This document shows, piece after piece, positions 33,817-44,146 of a stretch of 64,000 bases of DNA. The notes beneath the pieces are model-generated. The model did not search any database, was not told the DNA's origin, and worked only from the letters and a program-made list of their open reading frames with translations. Made by a program: the position numbers and the translations under genes. The DNA lies in the NCBI GenBank assembly GCA_040954595.2, contig JBECUI020000033.1:124001-188000 (forward strand), given 5' to 3'. The stretch's first letter is position 1. The number at the start of each line of letters is the position of its first letter. This DNA comes from Balanoglossus misakiensis (lineage: Eukaryota; Animalia; Hemichordata).

Positions 33817-33908
33817 ATGCTTTATAGTATTGTTATCTATTTATTTAGGTCAAGGAGGAAGTAGACAGAAGGAGAAGTTTTGGTCGATGTTGTCCTCTGT
33901 CTGTTTTT

Positions 33909-34358
33909 ATGAATTTAAAAAAGATACTGAGTTTAAATACCGTGAAAGTTGGCTTGCCTGGTAGCAATAAAACAGAAGTCATCCATAATCTAGTGGATAT
34001 AATTGTTGCTGCAGGTAAGGGGCTGAACCGGGAAATCCTGTTAAAGGCAGTTTTTGAACGTGAGGCCCAAATGTCTACGGGAATGAAAAATGCTGTAGCC
34101 ATTCCCCATGGTAAAACGGATGCCGTGAATACTCTTCATGCAGCTTTTGCGGTTTCTTCCGAGCCAATAGACTTTCAATCTTTGGATATGAAACCAGCAA
34201 GAATTTTCGTGATGACACTCTCTCCCTTATCCAACACGGGGCCACATCTTCAGTTTCTTGCTGAATTAAGTAGGCTTTTATCGAGTGAAACCTTGCGCGA
34301 AAGTGTTCTGGCCGTTCGAAACGAGGCAGAACTGCTTCAAATTCTCTTGAAGCGGTAA
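33909..34358 (+). CDS. PTS EIIA (Ntr/fructose-type) domain protein
   Basis: EREAQMSTG...VAIPHGK phospho-His motif and HLQFLAELSRLL. Confidence 0.9.
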   Translation: MNLKKILSLNTVKVGLPGSNKTEVIHNLVDIIVAAGKGLNREILLKAVFEREAQMSTGMKNAVAIPHGKTDAVNTLHAAFAVSSEPIDFQSLDMKPARIFVMTLSPLSNTGPHLQFLAELSRLLSSETLRESVLAVRNEAELLQILLKR

Positions 34359-34367
34359 GAAATCACA

Positions 34368-36012
34368 ATGCATGAAACTATGGATCTTACTCACCTAGTA
34401 ACTCGCCTGGTGATGCAATTAGCAGTCATTGTCTTGGTGGCTAAAACTTTGGGTTATGTCTGCTCCCGTTATTTCCGACAACCTTCAGTTCTTGGAGAAC
34501 TGCTAGCAGGAATGATTATTGGTCCCTACGCACTGGGAGGGATTCCACTGCCCCTGTTGGGAGGCGAACCGCTATTTCTCATTTCCCAGGGAATGACCTT
34601 ACCGGTGACTCCAGAGCTCTATGGTTTGCTGCGGTAGCCTCAATCGTGCTCCTTTTTTTTCTGGATTGGAAACAGACTTGAATGTTTTACTCCGCTTTGC
34701 TGGAGTGGGTTTCCTTGTTGGTCTGGGAGGAGTATGTTCCGCTTTTTTTGCAGGAGCCTTGGTTGCAGTAATTTTTATTCCCGACGTAACAAGCCTTATG
34801 GACATACGGGCTATTTTCTTAGGTATTGTGGCCACAGCAACGAGTGTGGGAATAACAGCAAGAATACTTTCGGAGCGCCGAAAGCTCTCCAGTCCCGAAG
34901 GCGTAACTATTCTTTCGGCGGCAGTTTTAGATGATGTGGTGGGGATTATTCTTCTGGCGCTGCTTACTGGTATCAGCAAGGCTGGTGTTCAGGCTGAAAA
35001 TGTGGACTGGGGAGGTATAGGGAGAATCGCCATGAAGGCTGTTCTCTTCTGGCTGCTTACCACCATTGTGGGAATCTTTATTGCTCCCAAACTTACTCGA
35101 GGACTTAAAACTTTTCGTGATTTGGAAACTCTAGTGATGATCACTTTTGGTCTGGCCCTGTTCATGGCGAGTCTTTCGGAACTGGCTGGACTAGCCATGA
35201 TCATTGGTGCCTATGTAACAGGATTAGCCCTTTCACGTACCGATGTGGCGGAGGATATTCGGAAACGTCTTGATGGTTTGTACTCCTTTATTGTTCCAGT
35301 GTTTTTCTGTATTATGGGAATGATGGTCGATTTTACGGCCATCCCGGGGGTTTTGGTTTTTGGTTTATTCTATGCTGTAGTAGGAATTCTCAGCAAGTTG
35401 GTAGGCTGCGGTCTTCCTGCCCTGGCTTTGGGGTTTAACCTTAAGGGAGCTTTAAGGATAGGAGCAGGGATGCTTCCGCGGGGAGAGGTGACCTTAATTA
35501 TGGCAGGGCTTGGGCTTTCCGAGGGTATTATCGGTCCTGGGCTCTTTGGTGTTATTGTAATGACACTTCTGATATCCAGTATTGTGGCTCCCCCCATGTT
35601 GGCAAAAAGTTTTAAGGGGGGAGAGTCGGGATACCGGCGGAGTTTAGAGAAAAAAATTGATTCAACATTGATTTCTGTTGTTCTTGAGTTTCCATCGGAT
35701 CGTCTTGCAGCTTTTGTATTAGAAAGATTTATTCTTACCTTTAGAAAAGAGGAATTTTTCCCTCGAAGGGTTACTCCTGACCCTCCAGTCTATGCTTTGC
35801 TGAAGGACCGTATTCAAATAACAATGGCCCGAGAAAAACGTAAAGTCATCATTACCTGTCCTCCAGATCAGGAAAACTTCATCCGGCTCTTAGTTGCCGA
35901 GGAGCTTTTAGCTCTTAAGGAATTGTTCCGTAATGTGGAAGAATTCTCCCGCTCCGGTGATACAGAGCGCGATATGCTGGGGAAGCTTTTTGGAACGGAA
36001 ACAACAACATGA
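34368..36012 (+). CDS. Cation:proton antiporter (CPA2/Kef-NapA type), frameshifted near 34625-34660
   Basis: PSVLGELLAGMIIGP, GLETD, ATSVGITARIL, AAVLDDVVG, PRGEV. Two single-T losses in T runs restore YGFAAVASIVLLFFSGLE. Confidence 0.88.
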
Positions 36013-36022
36013 GAACAATAAT

Positions 36023-37285
36023 ATGAAAAAACTGAATATTACTGATGAGACATTAAAGCAGGAACTTCTTCAACGGTTTGTTCGTTATGCTAAAATAAAT
36101 ACAACTTCCAATAGCGTTGAAGCTGCCCACAAAACTCCCTCTACAGAGGGGCAGTGGGTTCTTTTACGAATGCTGGAAAGGGAATTAAGGGAGCTGGGGG
36201 TGGTCGATGTGGAGCTAGACAAGCACGGCTACCTCATTGCCCGCTTGCCTGGGAATCTACCTCCAGGAAAGGATGTACCCGTTATTGGTTTTATGGCCCA
36301 TGTGGATACCAACGAAGATGCTCCGGGAAACAATGTCAAACCTCTGGTTCACAGGAATTATAACGGAAAGGCTCTAGTCTTGGGGGAAGGTATCATTCTT
36401 GACCCCATGGACTTCCCCGAGCTGAAGCAATATGTGGGAGAAACCATTGTTACCTCCGATGGCAGCACTCTTCTGGGAGCCGATGACAAGGCTGGTGTCG
36501 CTGAAATCATGACGGCGGTAAAACTTCTTTTGGCAGATCCTGCCCATCCCCGAGGAGATGTGGAAGTTATTTTTACTCCTGATGAGGAGACAGGCTATGC
36601 GATGAAAAATTTCCCCATCAAAAAACTACGTTCCCGTTACGCTTATACCATGGATGGTTCCAAGGAAGGCGAGATTGAGATGGAATGCTATTATGCAGCC
36701 AAAACCGAAGTAATTTTTCAAGGTTTTTCCATCCATCCAGGTGATGCCAGGGGAAAACTGGTCAATGCATCCACCATGGCAGCATTTTTTGTTTCGCTGC
36801 TGCCTCGAAGCGAGAGCCCCGAAGCTACCGATGGACGCTATGGCAATTACTGGTGTCATTCCATCCAGGGGAAGATAGAATCTGCCGAAGCTCTTATATA
36901 TACCCGCAGCTTTGACCAGGACGATTTGGAACGTCGATCCCAAACCCTGGAATCCATAGCTCGATTTGTGGAGGCAGCTTTTCCGGGAGGGAAGGTGTCG
37001 TTGAAGCGGGAAATTCAGTATCGGAATATGCGGGAGAAGTTGGAGGTGCAGCCTATTGTGGTGGAAAAACTACGGGAAGCGGTCCGGCGAACAGGTATAG
37101 AGCCCGTGGAAACCCTCATCCGCGGAGGTACCGATGGTTCCCAACTTACGGCCATGGGTATTCCCACTCCCAATATATTTGCTGGAGGAATGAACTTTCA
37201 TTGTCGTACCGAGTGGGTTCCTCTACCAGCTATGCTCCGTTCTGTAAAAGTAATTGTTAATCTTTCGGGAATTTGGGCTGAATGA
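36023..37285 (+). CDS. pepT: Peptidase T (tripeptide aminopeptidase)
   Basis: GFMAHVDT, LLGADDKAG, FTPDEE, IRGGTDG, PNIFAGGMNFH. Confidence 0.95.
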   Translation: MKKLNITDETLKQELLQRFVRYAKINTTSNSVEAAHKTPSTEGQWVLLRMLERELRELGVVDVELDKHGYLIARLPGNLPPGKDVPVIGFMAHVDTNEDAPGNNVKPLVHRNYNGKALVLGEGIILDPMDFPELKQYVGETIVTSDGSTLLGADDKAGVAEIMTAVKLLLADPAHPRGDVEVIFTPDEETGYAMKNFPIKKLRSRYAYTMDGSKEGEIEMECYYAAKTEVIFQGFSIHPGDARGKLVNASTMAAFFVSLLPRSESPEATDGRYGNYWCHSIQGKIESAEALIYTRSFDQDDLERRSQTLESIARFVEAAFPGGKVSLKREIQYRNMREKLEVQPIVVEKLREAVRRTGIEPVETLIRGGTDGSQLTAMGIPTPNIFAGGMNFHCRTEWVPLPAMLRSVKVIVNLSGIWAE

Positions 37286-37376
37286 AGTTAGATTTATGTG
37301 AGAAAAAACATAATGAGGGATATGATATTAGAAAGATGTAATCTAGGAAGATGTAATCAATGAAAGTTTTACTCCG

Positions 37377-39302
37377 ATGAAAGATCTGGTGAGTTTTCCG
37401 GTTATGCTGATGGTGTTATTTTTTCTTTTCTTCTTTTTTGGGTGTGGTGAGTCTTTTCCCTCTTTCCCAGGCAATAGGGAAGAAAACCTGGTGACCCTTC
37501 CCTCTTCTGGAAGTATTGTTCTTCCAGGAAGCTCTTTGGAAGTAAGCTTGTTTCTTTCGGAGTGGGAAGTGGAGCGTTTGGTTTTTCGTATGGTGGATCT
37601 TAATGAAGGGGTAGTCACTTTAAATGAGCCTAAAGGCATTGTTCCCAACAATTTACTGTTCCGCAAGCTTGGGAATATTGTAGAAAAAGATTCTGGAGAA
37701 GTGGTGATTCTGGTTATACCCGAAGGGCTAAAGGAAGGCATCTGGTTCCTGGAAGCGGAAGTCTGGGGGGAAGAATACCTTCTGAGTCGGGAACGTTCTC
37801 TTCTCTATGTTACGCCTAATTTTTTCAAGATTGATGAAATTGCCTTTTATCCTCCGAAGGTCCTGCCTCAGGGATTGATCATTTTGGAGTCTCAGACACG
37901 CTTTCCTTCAAATGCCGATCCCTACTATCGGTGGTTTATCAACGATAAGCTTATGGCAGAGGGCAATCATTCCCTTGGGGTCCGGCAGATAGTGGCTGTA
38001 GCTCCAGATGTGCCTGGTGTTTATCCTCTAGTATTGGAAATGCGGCCATTTGCTGGGGGAGAAGCGGAACCAGCCCCACTGGTTTACCGTACAGAAATTT
38101 TTGTTACTGAAAAAATTGGCGATATCCCTGGAGAATTAGGCCCTCCGGAATCTTATAGTTCTCTTTTGCATTTTCGGGGAGATTTTTACAACCATGGAGC
38201 TGCCCCCGGGGCTGCCGAAGATCCGAGCATTGAGGGAAACCTTTTACCTGTACTCCATTCTGGACTGTTAGGATACCGTTTTGATGGGGCATCCCGACTA
38301 CAAAATTCTTCATGGGCCCTTCCCTTTGATAAGCAGGGCTGGGAACCTTTTACCATTATGGCCCGCGTTCTTCCCGATCCTGACACCTTTGGGAATCTTA
38401 TGGTAACAGAGGATGGTTCAGGAGCCCGTTTTAATTTAGGCTTCCTTAGGGATGGGGGGATGGAGGCTTATTTTGAAAACCAGGGAAAAATTTATACTAG
38501 TCAGGCTTTCCCTGACGCACTGCTCTCCAGTCCTTACTGGCTTTCCCTTACAGTTCAACCTATTTCTTCTGGACTTTCTTTGATCTGGAGAGTCAATGGG
38601 GAAAGAATTGGTGAAGATGTTTGGACTTCTCCTCTTCCTCCCCTACCTGTGCTCAGGGAATCAGCTGTAACCTATCTGGGAGGAAGTCCAGGCGATGTGG
38701 GATTTCAAGGATTCTTGGAGGAGTGGGGAATTTTTGTCGTCGACAGTACCGGGCAACCCTCCTCGTACAAACATATTTACAATTTTGTTCAGCAGACTCA
38801 GTGGGGACATCGACTCATCGTTGCCGAGGGCTTTGAAGATGAGCGTGTTAACGAGGAAGTTATGCTAAGTGGAAATATCCTTGTTGAGGATGACATGCTC
38901 TTAATTCCTCCAGGAAACCGCTTGGCCCTTTTCTCTTCTCAGGGAGTAAAAGAGGCCCACCGGGTTCTCTTATCACTAAAGGCCGATATTCAAGATGACA
39001 GAGGAACTCTTGTTGTCAGGAGTTCCGCTGACGGGGAAGATCTCTCTACTTTTGATACTCGGGGCTATGCTACCAGCAAAGCCTACCCTGGCAAATCATG
39101 GCCAGTGAATTTTAATGAAAAAGTCATTTTGACTGTTCATAAAGAGGAAGACTATGTTCTAACCTGGGCAGGAGAAAACAATAGTATAGAACAAACTATA
39201 ACCATGCCGAATGAGGAAGAAGCAATTTTCTATGAATTCAGGGCTTCCCCTGCTAACAAGTCCGTATTTCGGATTGATAGTATACTTGTTACCAGGAATT
39301 AG
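37377..39302 (+). CDS. Hypothetical lipoprotein with probable LamG/concanavalin-like domain
   Basis: Hydrophobic signal ending FFFGC. GYRFDG...FTIMARV...FQGFLEEWGI pattern is LamG-like. Confidence 0.65.
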   Translation: MKDLVSFPVMLMVLFFLFFFFGCGESFPSFPGNREENLVTLPSSGSIVLPGSSLEVSLFLSEWEVERLVFRMVDLNEGVVTLNEPKGIVPNNLLFRKLGNIVEKDSGEVVILVIPEGLKEGIWFLEAEVWGEEYLLSRERSLLYVTPNFFKIDEIAFYPPKVLPQGLIILESQTRFPSNADPYYRWFINDKLMAEGNHSLGVRQIVAVAPDVPGVYPLVLEMRPFAGGEAEPAPLVYRTEIFVTEKIGDIPGELGPPESYSSLLHFRGDFYNHGAAPGAAEDPSIEGNLLPVLHSGLLGYRFDGASRLQNSSWALPFDKQGWEPFTIMARVLPDPDTFGNLMVTEDGSGARFNLGFLRDGGMEAYFENQGKIYTSQAFPDALLSSPYWLSLTVQPISSGLSLIWRVNGERIGEDVWTSPLPPLPVLRESAVTYLGGSPGDVGFQGFLEEWGIFVVDSTGQPSSYKHIYNFVQQTQWGHRLIVAEGFEDERVNEEVMLSGNILVEDDMLLIPPGNRLALFSSQGVKEAHRVLLSLKADIQDDRGTLVVRSSADGEDLSTFDTRGYATSKAYPGKSWPVNFNEKVILTVHKEEDYVLTWAGENNSIEQTITMPNEEEAIFYEFRASPANKSVFRIDSILVTRN

Positions 39303-39347
39303 ATTTTGTTTCTTAGATAAGGATGATTGGGCAGGACTGAGATAGGG

Positions 39348-40799
39348 ATGAAGGGAACAACAAAAATATTCTTGTTATCATTGATGCTTCTAGCTTCCTG
39401 TGCTGGTATGCCTAAGTTTTCCGAGGCTCCGCCTGCATGGTGGAACTTCTCATCGGAAATTCCAGAGGGCTACAGGAATTTTCGGGGATACGGGAAGGGA
39501 GAGAGCTACTATGCTGCGCAGAATACAGCCATCGTAGACCTACTAGATAACATTATCGATAGTATGGAACTGGGGGACAAAGAGAACTGGATCCCCTTGG
39601 GGGAAAATACAGTACAGGTTTTTCGGGATGCACTGACCCAGGTCTTACTTAGCACGAAGTTACTCCCTGTAGAATTGGCTGAAGGACTTACCTTGCTCAG
39701 AAAGGATAGCTGGTCCAGTGGCAAAAAGGATTATGGAGAGGTCTTGGAAGTAACTTGGGAGGAGTCGGACTTTCAGAAGCAGCGTTTGTTCTTCTTAAAT
39801 GAGGTAAATTGGGAATTTCGTAATCTTCAGATTCAAGAATCAAGGGCTTTGGCGGCACAGGATGCAGGGGATTATTATGAATCGGCTCTGCTTTGGGCCC
39901 AGGCCGCTGGGGTGGCCGGAGAAGTTGGTGATGCTAGCAGAAAGGAGCAGAATCTTGCTGAGGTAATCAAAGCTCTTGAATCCCTGGAATACGTGGTCGA
40001 GGAAGCTCCTGATTCGGTAACGATAGGGTCCTTTTCTGTCGGGACGGTTGTCTTTCGGGTGCTTTCTGATGGAAAGGGAGTGGGAAATGCCGCCTTTGTG
40101 ATGGGGTTTCCCAGGCTTAATCGAGACAACTCGGAGGTTCAGGGGGAAGCTCTTGTTTCCTCTGATAGCGAAGGTTTCGTGGTGTTTACCCTACCCATAG
40201 CAGATAGAGTGGGAAGAAAAACCCTTAGCATTGCTCCCAGTGTCCGTCCTTTCCTGGATCTTGCTACCATTACCGATGCTGAAGATTTGGAGCAATTTAC
40301 TGCAGCGATACAAAAAAACCAGGGGACAGTTTTTTATGAGGTTCTTATCCGTAGTCGGGAGATTAGTACGGGGATCCTTGTTGTGGAAACCGATCTGGCT
40401 GGTTACGCTCTGGACTCCCATGCCACCGCCAGGGGAATCCTCGAAGCCCTAACAGAAGAAGGTTTTGATGTTTCCCTTATGCCTCTTGATCCTGTAGAAA
40501 TGGCATCACGGAACGACAGGGAGTTTTTGCGTGATTTAAAGGCTGATCAGCAATTCAGCGAGTTCCGAAGGGTTATTTTTGGTACAGTTGCTTTAGAAGG
40601 TTTTGAAGAAGGTAGTGAAGGTTATTCCGTTCAGGCTTCGGGAACTCTTAAACTTGGAGATATTTCCCGGCAAGTGATTCTTATAGAAAGGGAATTGACA
40701 AAGAACAGTCGGGCCACCGATGGCCCCCAGGCAATCATTACTGCCTTCAGACAACTGGGGCGAGAATTTGCCCAGTTGATCATGGACGAAGTCCCTTGA
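39348..40799 (+). CDS. Hypothetical lipoprotein (LPP20-like N-terminus)
   Basis: Lipobox LLASC. PPAWW...FRGYG...AAQNTA pattern. Confidence 0.7.
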   Translation: MKGTTKIFLLSLMLLASCAGMPKFSEAPPAWWNFSSEIPEGYRNFRGYGKGESYYAAQNTAIVDLLDNIIDSMELGDKENWIPLGENTVQVFRDALTQVLLSTKLLPVELAEGLTLLRKDSWSSGKKDYGEVLEVTWEESDFQKQRLFFLNEVNWEFRNLQIQESRALAAQDAGDYYESALLWAQAAGVAGEVGDASRKEQNLAEVIKALESLEYVVEEAPDSVTIGSFSVGTVVFRVLSDGKGVGNAAFVMGFPRLNRDNSEVQGEALVSSDSEGFVVFTLPIADRVGRKTLSIAPSVRPFLDLATITDAEDLEQFTAAIQKNQGTVFYEVLIRSREISTGILVVETDLAGYALDSHATARGILEALTEEGFDVSLMPLDPVEMASRNDREFLRDLKADQQFSEFRRVIFGTVALEGFEEGSEGYSVQASGTLKLGDISRQVILIERELTKNSRATDGPQAIITAFRQLGREFAQLIMDEVP

Positions 40800-40808
40800 G
40801 GGTAGCCT

Positions 40809-42182
40809 CTGAACATCTCTTCCTACGATCCCGATCATCTTATTTATGCTCTAGCCACACCTTGGGGTGAGGGGGCCCTGGCGATAACCAGGGTTTCTGG
40901 CCCCGGCTCTCTTGCAGCCCTGGCTCGGGGATTCTCTTACCCAGAAAAAATTACTCAGGCTCGTGGTTTTACCCTTGTGTACGGTTGGCTGCTGAATCCC
41001 GATGATGGTTCAAGAATTGATGAGGTTCTTATTGCGGTGTTTCGAGCCCCCAAGAGCTATACAGGGCAGGAAGCTGCAGAAATCAGCAGCCACGGAGGCC
41101 TCAGCACAACGCGGGCCGTGGCGGCGGCATTAAAACGAATGGGTTTTCGGGATGCCGCTCCAGGAGAATTCACTTTTCGTGCCTATCTGAATGGTAGAAT
41201 GGACCTTACTCGGGCCGAGGCCGTTCAGGAAATTGTTAGCTCCCATACGGATCGTGCCCGATCGCAGGCCATATCCCGGCTTGGAGGGAGTCTTTGGAGA
41301 GCTGTGGATAACATCAAGGCCAAGATAGCCCATTTGGCAACGGTGACGGCCCTGGCCTTGGATTATCCCGAAGAAGAAACCGAACCAGTAGCCCTGGATA
41401 GGAATCTGTGGGAAGAAATCTTGCGCTCTCTGCGGGAGCTATTGGCTACCTGGCGCACAAGTCAAGTTTATAAGGATGGTCTCAGGATAGCCCTTATAGG
41501 TCCCCCCAATGCCGGGAAATCTTCCCTTTTTAACCTATTTCTTCGGGAAGAACGTTCCATTGTCACTCCAATTCCGGGGACAACTCGGGACTACCTGGAG
41601 GCTTTGATTGACCTTGCAGGAATTCCCTTAAGGCTTTTTGACACAGCCGGGCTACGGGAAATTCCTGTAGACACGGTGGAGGCCGAAGGTATTCGCCGGA
41701 CAAAGACCTTACTGGATACTGTTAACATTATTCTTTTTGTGGCAGACGGCAAAAAAGGTTTGGGAGAGGAAGAATACCGTTTTTTGTCTGCTCACAGTAG
41801 CAAGGAGAGGCCCTTAATCAAACTCTGGAACAAAGCTGATGCGGCTCCTGAGGCACCTTCAGGATTCCTTTCTATAAGCGCAAAGACTGGAGAGGGGTTT
41901 ATTGCCCTGGAAAAAGAGCTTGAGTGCTGTGCCTTGGGAAGCAATCAGAAACTTGAGGGTGAAGTTCCAATGATAGGGTCCCTCCGACAGAAAGAACTTC
42001 TGAATCTGGCCCTGACAGCAATGGAGAGGTTCTCAGCAGGGTTGGAAGTACCTAACTTTCCTCTGGATATGCTGGCAGAAGATCTTCGGGAGGCCCTGAA
42101 TGCACTTGGAGAAATTACCGGAGAAGTTACCTCCAGAGATATCCTTGAAAAACTTTTTTCCAGTTTCTGTGTGGGCAAATGA
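40809..42182 (+). CDS. mnmE: tRNA modification GTPase MnmE
   Basis: SYTGQE, HGG, PGEFTFRAYLNGRMDL, GPPNAGKSSL, GTTRD, DTAG, NKAD, FCVGK. The conserved N-terminus IYALATPWGEGALAITRVSG is in frame upstream of 40977. Confidence 0.96.
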   Translation: MNISSYDPDHLIYALATPWGEGALAITRVSGPGSLAALARGFSYPEKITQARGFTLVYGWLLNPDDGSRIDEVLIAVFRAPKSYTGQEAAEISSHGGLSTTRAVAAALKRMGFRDAAPGEFTFRAYLNGRMDLTRAEAVQEIVSSHTDRARSQAISRLGGSLWRAVDNIKAKIAHLATVTALALDYPEEETEPVALDRNLWEEILRSLRELLATWRTSQVYKDGLRIALIGPPNAGKSSLFNLFLREERSIVTPIPGTTRDYLEALIDLAGIPLRLFDTAGLREIPVDTVEAEGIRRTKTLLDTVNIILFVADGKKGLGEEEYRFLSAHSSKERPLIKLWNKADAAPEAPSGFLSISAKTGEGFIALEKELECCALGSNQKLEGEVPMIGSLRQKELLNLALTAMERFSAGLEVPNFPLDMLAEDLREALNALGEITGEVTSRDILEKLFSSFCVGK

Positions 42183-42387
42183 GGTAAAAGGTTTGAATGT
42201 TTCACCTTATAGCATAACCCCCACCTTTTAATTCAGATATACCCTGAACTCCATGATTGTTGCGTTAGAGCAGCGGCGAAGGGCATTGGTAGAATAGGCA
42301 CTTGGAACTTTTATAGGTTTTTGAAGCATTATGGAGAGTATAATTCGATGGGTATAGGAATAAATGTTTTTATGATAAGTAATTAAA

Positions 42388-42409
42388 ATGAACAGAAGAA
42401 TCTACTTTT
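42388..42409 (+). repeat. Dispersed 22-bp motif (1 mismatch)
   Basis: ATGAACAGAAGAATCTACTTTT. The TCTACT variant is the same as in the 50-bp arrays. Confidence 0.92.
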
Positions 42410-42583
42410 CATTTTCCCCCCACTAAATTAGAAATAGATAAGCTAATCCAATAACGTGCAACACCTACCACCTTATCGAGTTAACGTGATTAGAAGGACA
42501 AATCCTTATACCAAACACTGATTTTGGGAAGACGATTGAGGTTCTGCACACAGTTTATACAAGAGGGCGATCCAAAGTTATCA

Positions 42584-43806
42584 GGTAGTGTTTAAAAAAT
42601 TGCGCAGATTCTAAAAAGGCATTGAAAAAAAATGTCCTCCAATGTTGAAATGGAATCGAATGCAAAACCATTCACACGGAGGACAAAATGAGGTCAGAGA
42701 CCCCACGGGAAAGATCATACAGATAGATGAAGGTCTCCTACAGAGCAGCCAAATGGTTAAAGAAACCGTATGAGGAAACTTTGAATGCCATGCTCAATGC
42801 GGAGGCAGATCCTTTACTTCAGGCTGAAAAATACGAACCTACGGATGCACGAAAAGATACTCGTGCCGGACATTACACCAGGAAGTTGGATATCACTGCT
42901 TTCAAGAGTAGGGACAGGTCGCGACCTGTCCCTACTTCGGCTTCCATTTGAAACAGCAATTATTGAGCGTTATAAACGCCGGGAAACATCCGTTGGCCTT
43001 AGTTGAAATGTATTTAGCTGGTGTTTCAGTGCGCCTAGTTAAAGATATTACCGAGGCGCCCTTTGGGGAAGCAAGGTAAAGCCCTGGGACAATGAGCAAT
43101 TTGAACCAGGATCTCTTAGTAGAGAATCAATAAGCGCTCATGGGCTGGAGAAGTTGAGAAATGTGAGCATTTCTGGTAGCGATAGGCGTCTCAGAAAGCG
43201 GATATCGTAGTGTTTGCTGTTGAAGGTGAAAAGGAAGATAAAGCTGGATGGAGCAACTTTCTTGCACACTTGACAACCTAAGGGCTTAAGGATACTAAAG
43301 CTCTTCATAAGCGACAAATGCATCGGGTTGGCCTGAATCCATCGAAGAGTTTTTCCCTAAAGCACGATGGCAACGATGCGTTGTTCACTATTACCGGAAT
43401 GTATTCTCAGTAGTTCCCCGTGAGAAGGTCCGTGAAGTTGCAGCAATGCTGAAGGCAATTCATGCGCAAGAAGATCGTGATGCTGCTCTTGAGAAGGCTC
43501 AACTGATTGAAGCGAAACTCCGCAATATGAAACTTCCCCAGGCTTCTGACATGGTGAGAAACTATATCCACGTTCGCAGAACCCTGGTTCGAAGAACCCT
43601 GGTTCGCAGAACCAACTTGCAGAACATTCCCTCGATGGGAATTCGGCCCTTATGCTATCAGCTGCCAGGCTCAGGCAGATCATGGGAACAAAATGGAGTA
43701 CAGAAAAGTATTTGAATATGGACTTACTTAAAGCGATAAGGCAAGATGTACGTTAGGCTCTTTCAACATTGGAGATTTGAAAGAGCGCAACATTCTTGAC
43801 ACTACC
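42584..43806 (+). mobile_element. Degenerate IS256-family insertion sequence with imperfect terminal inverted repeats
   Basis: EETLNAMLNAEAD...RKDTRAGHYTRKL, FETAIIERYKRRE, MLKAIHAQEDRDAALEKA. Left end GGTAGTGTTTAAAAAATTGCGC, right end reverse complement GGTAGTGTCAAGAATGTTGCGC. Confidence 0.9.
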
Positions 43807-44043
43807 TGGCATTGTCCCTATTCCTAAGGAATTTAAGGCTGGTTCAATTTTATCTGTCTATCACCCAACCAAAGAAAAGTTTCTGTGCTGCGTTTTCCAA
43901 AGGCCTTCAAACAAATTTTACTAAGTATTAAATTTTTTAAAGACTATGTATCGGAAGCAGTTCCAAACTTCCTATCTTCAGTAGTATTGGTAATTTACCC
44001 TCCCTTTCATATAGGGTTTCATTTAGAGAAAATAGCCTTTAAT

Positions 44044-44059
44044 CCGCTAGATATAGCTA
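44044..44059. promoter_or_regulatory. Candidate NrdR box
   Basis: CCGCTAGATATAGCTA resembles the NrdR consensus (aCaCwAtATaTwGtg). It lies about 90 bp before nrdA, just upstream of TTGACG (44091). Confidence 0.45.
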
Positions 44060-44146
44060 TTAATCCATCATAGTTTTAACAATTCTCGTCTTGACGTTCC
44101 TCTCCTTTGCTGGCAGTATTATCCTCTCGGAATAGGGGGGAAAAGG

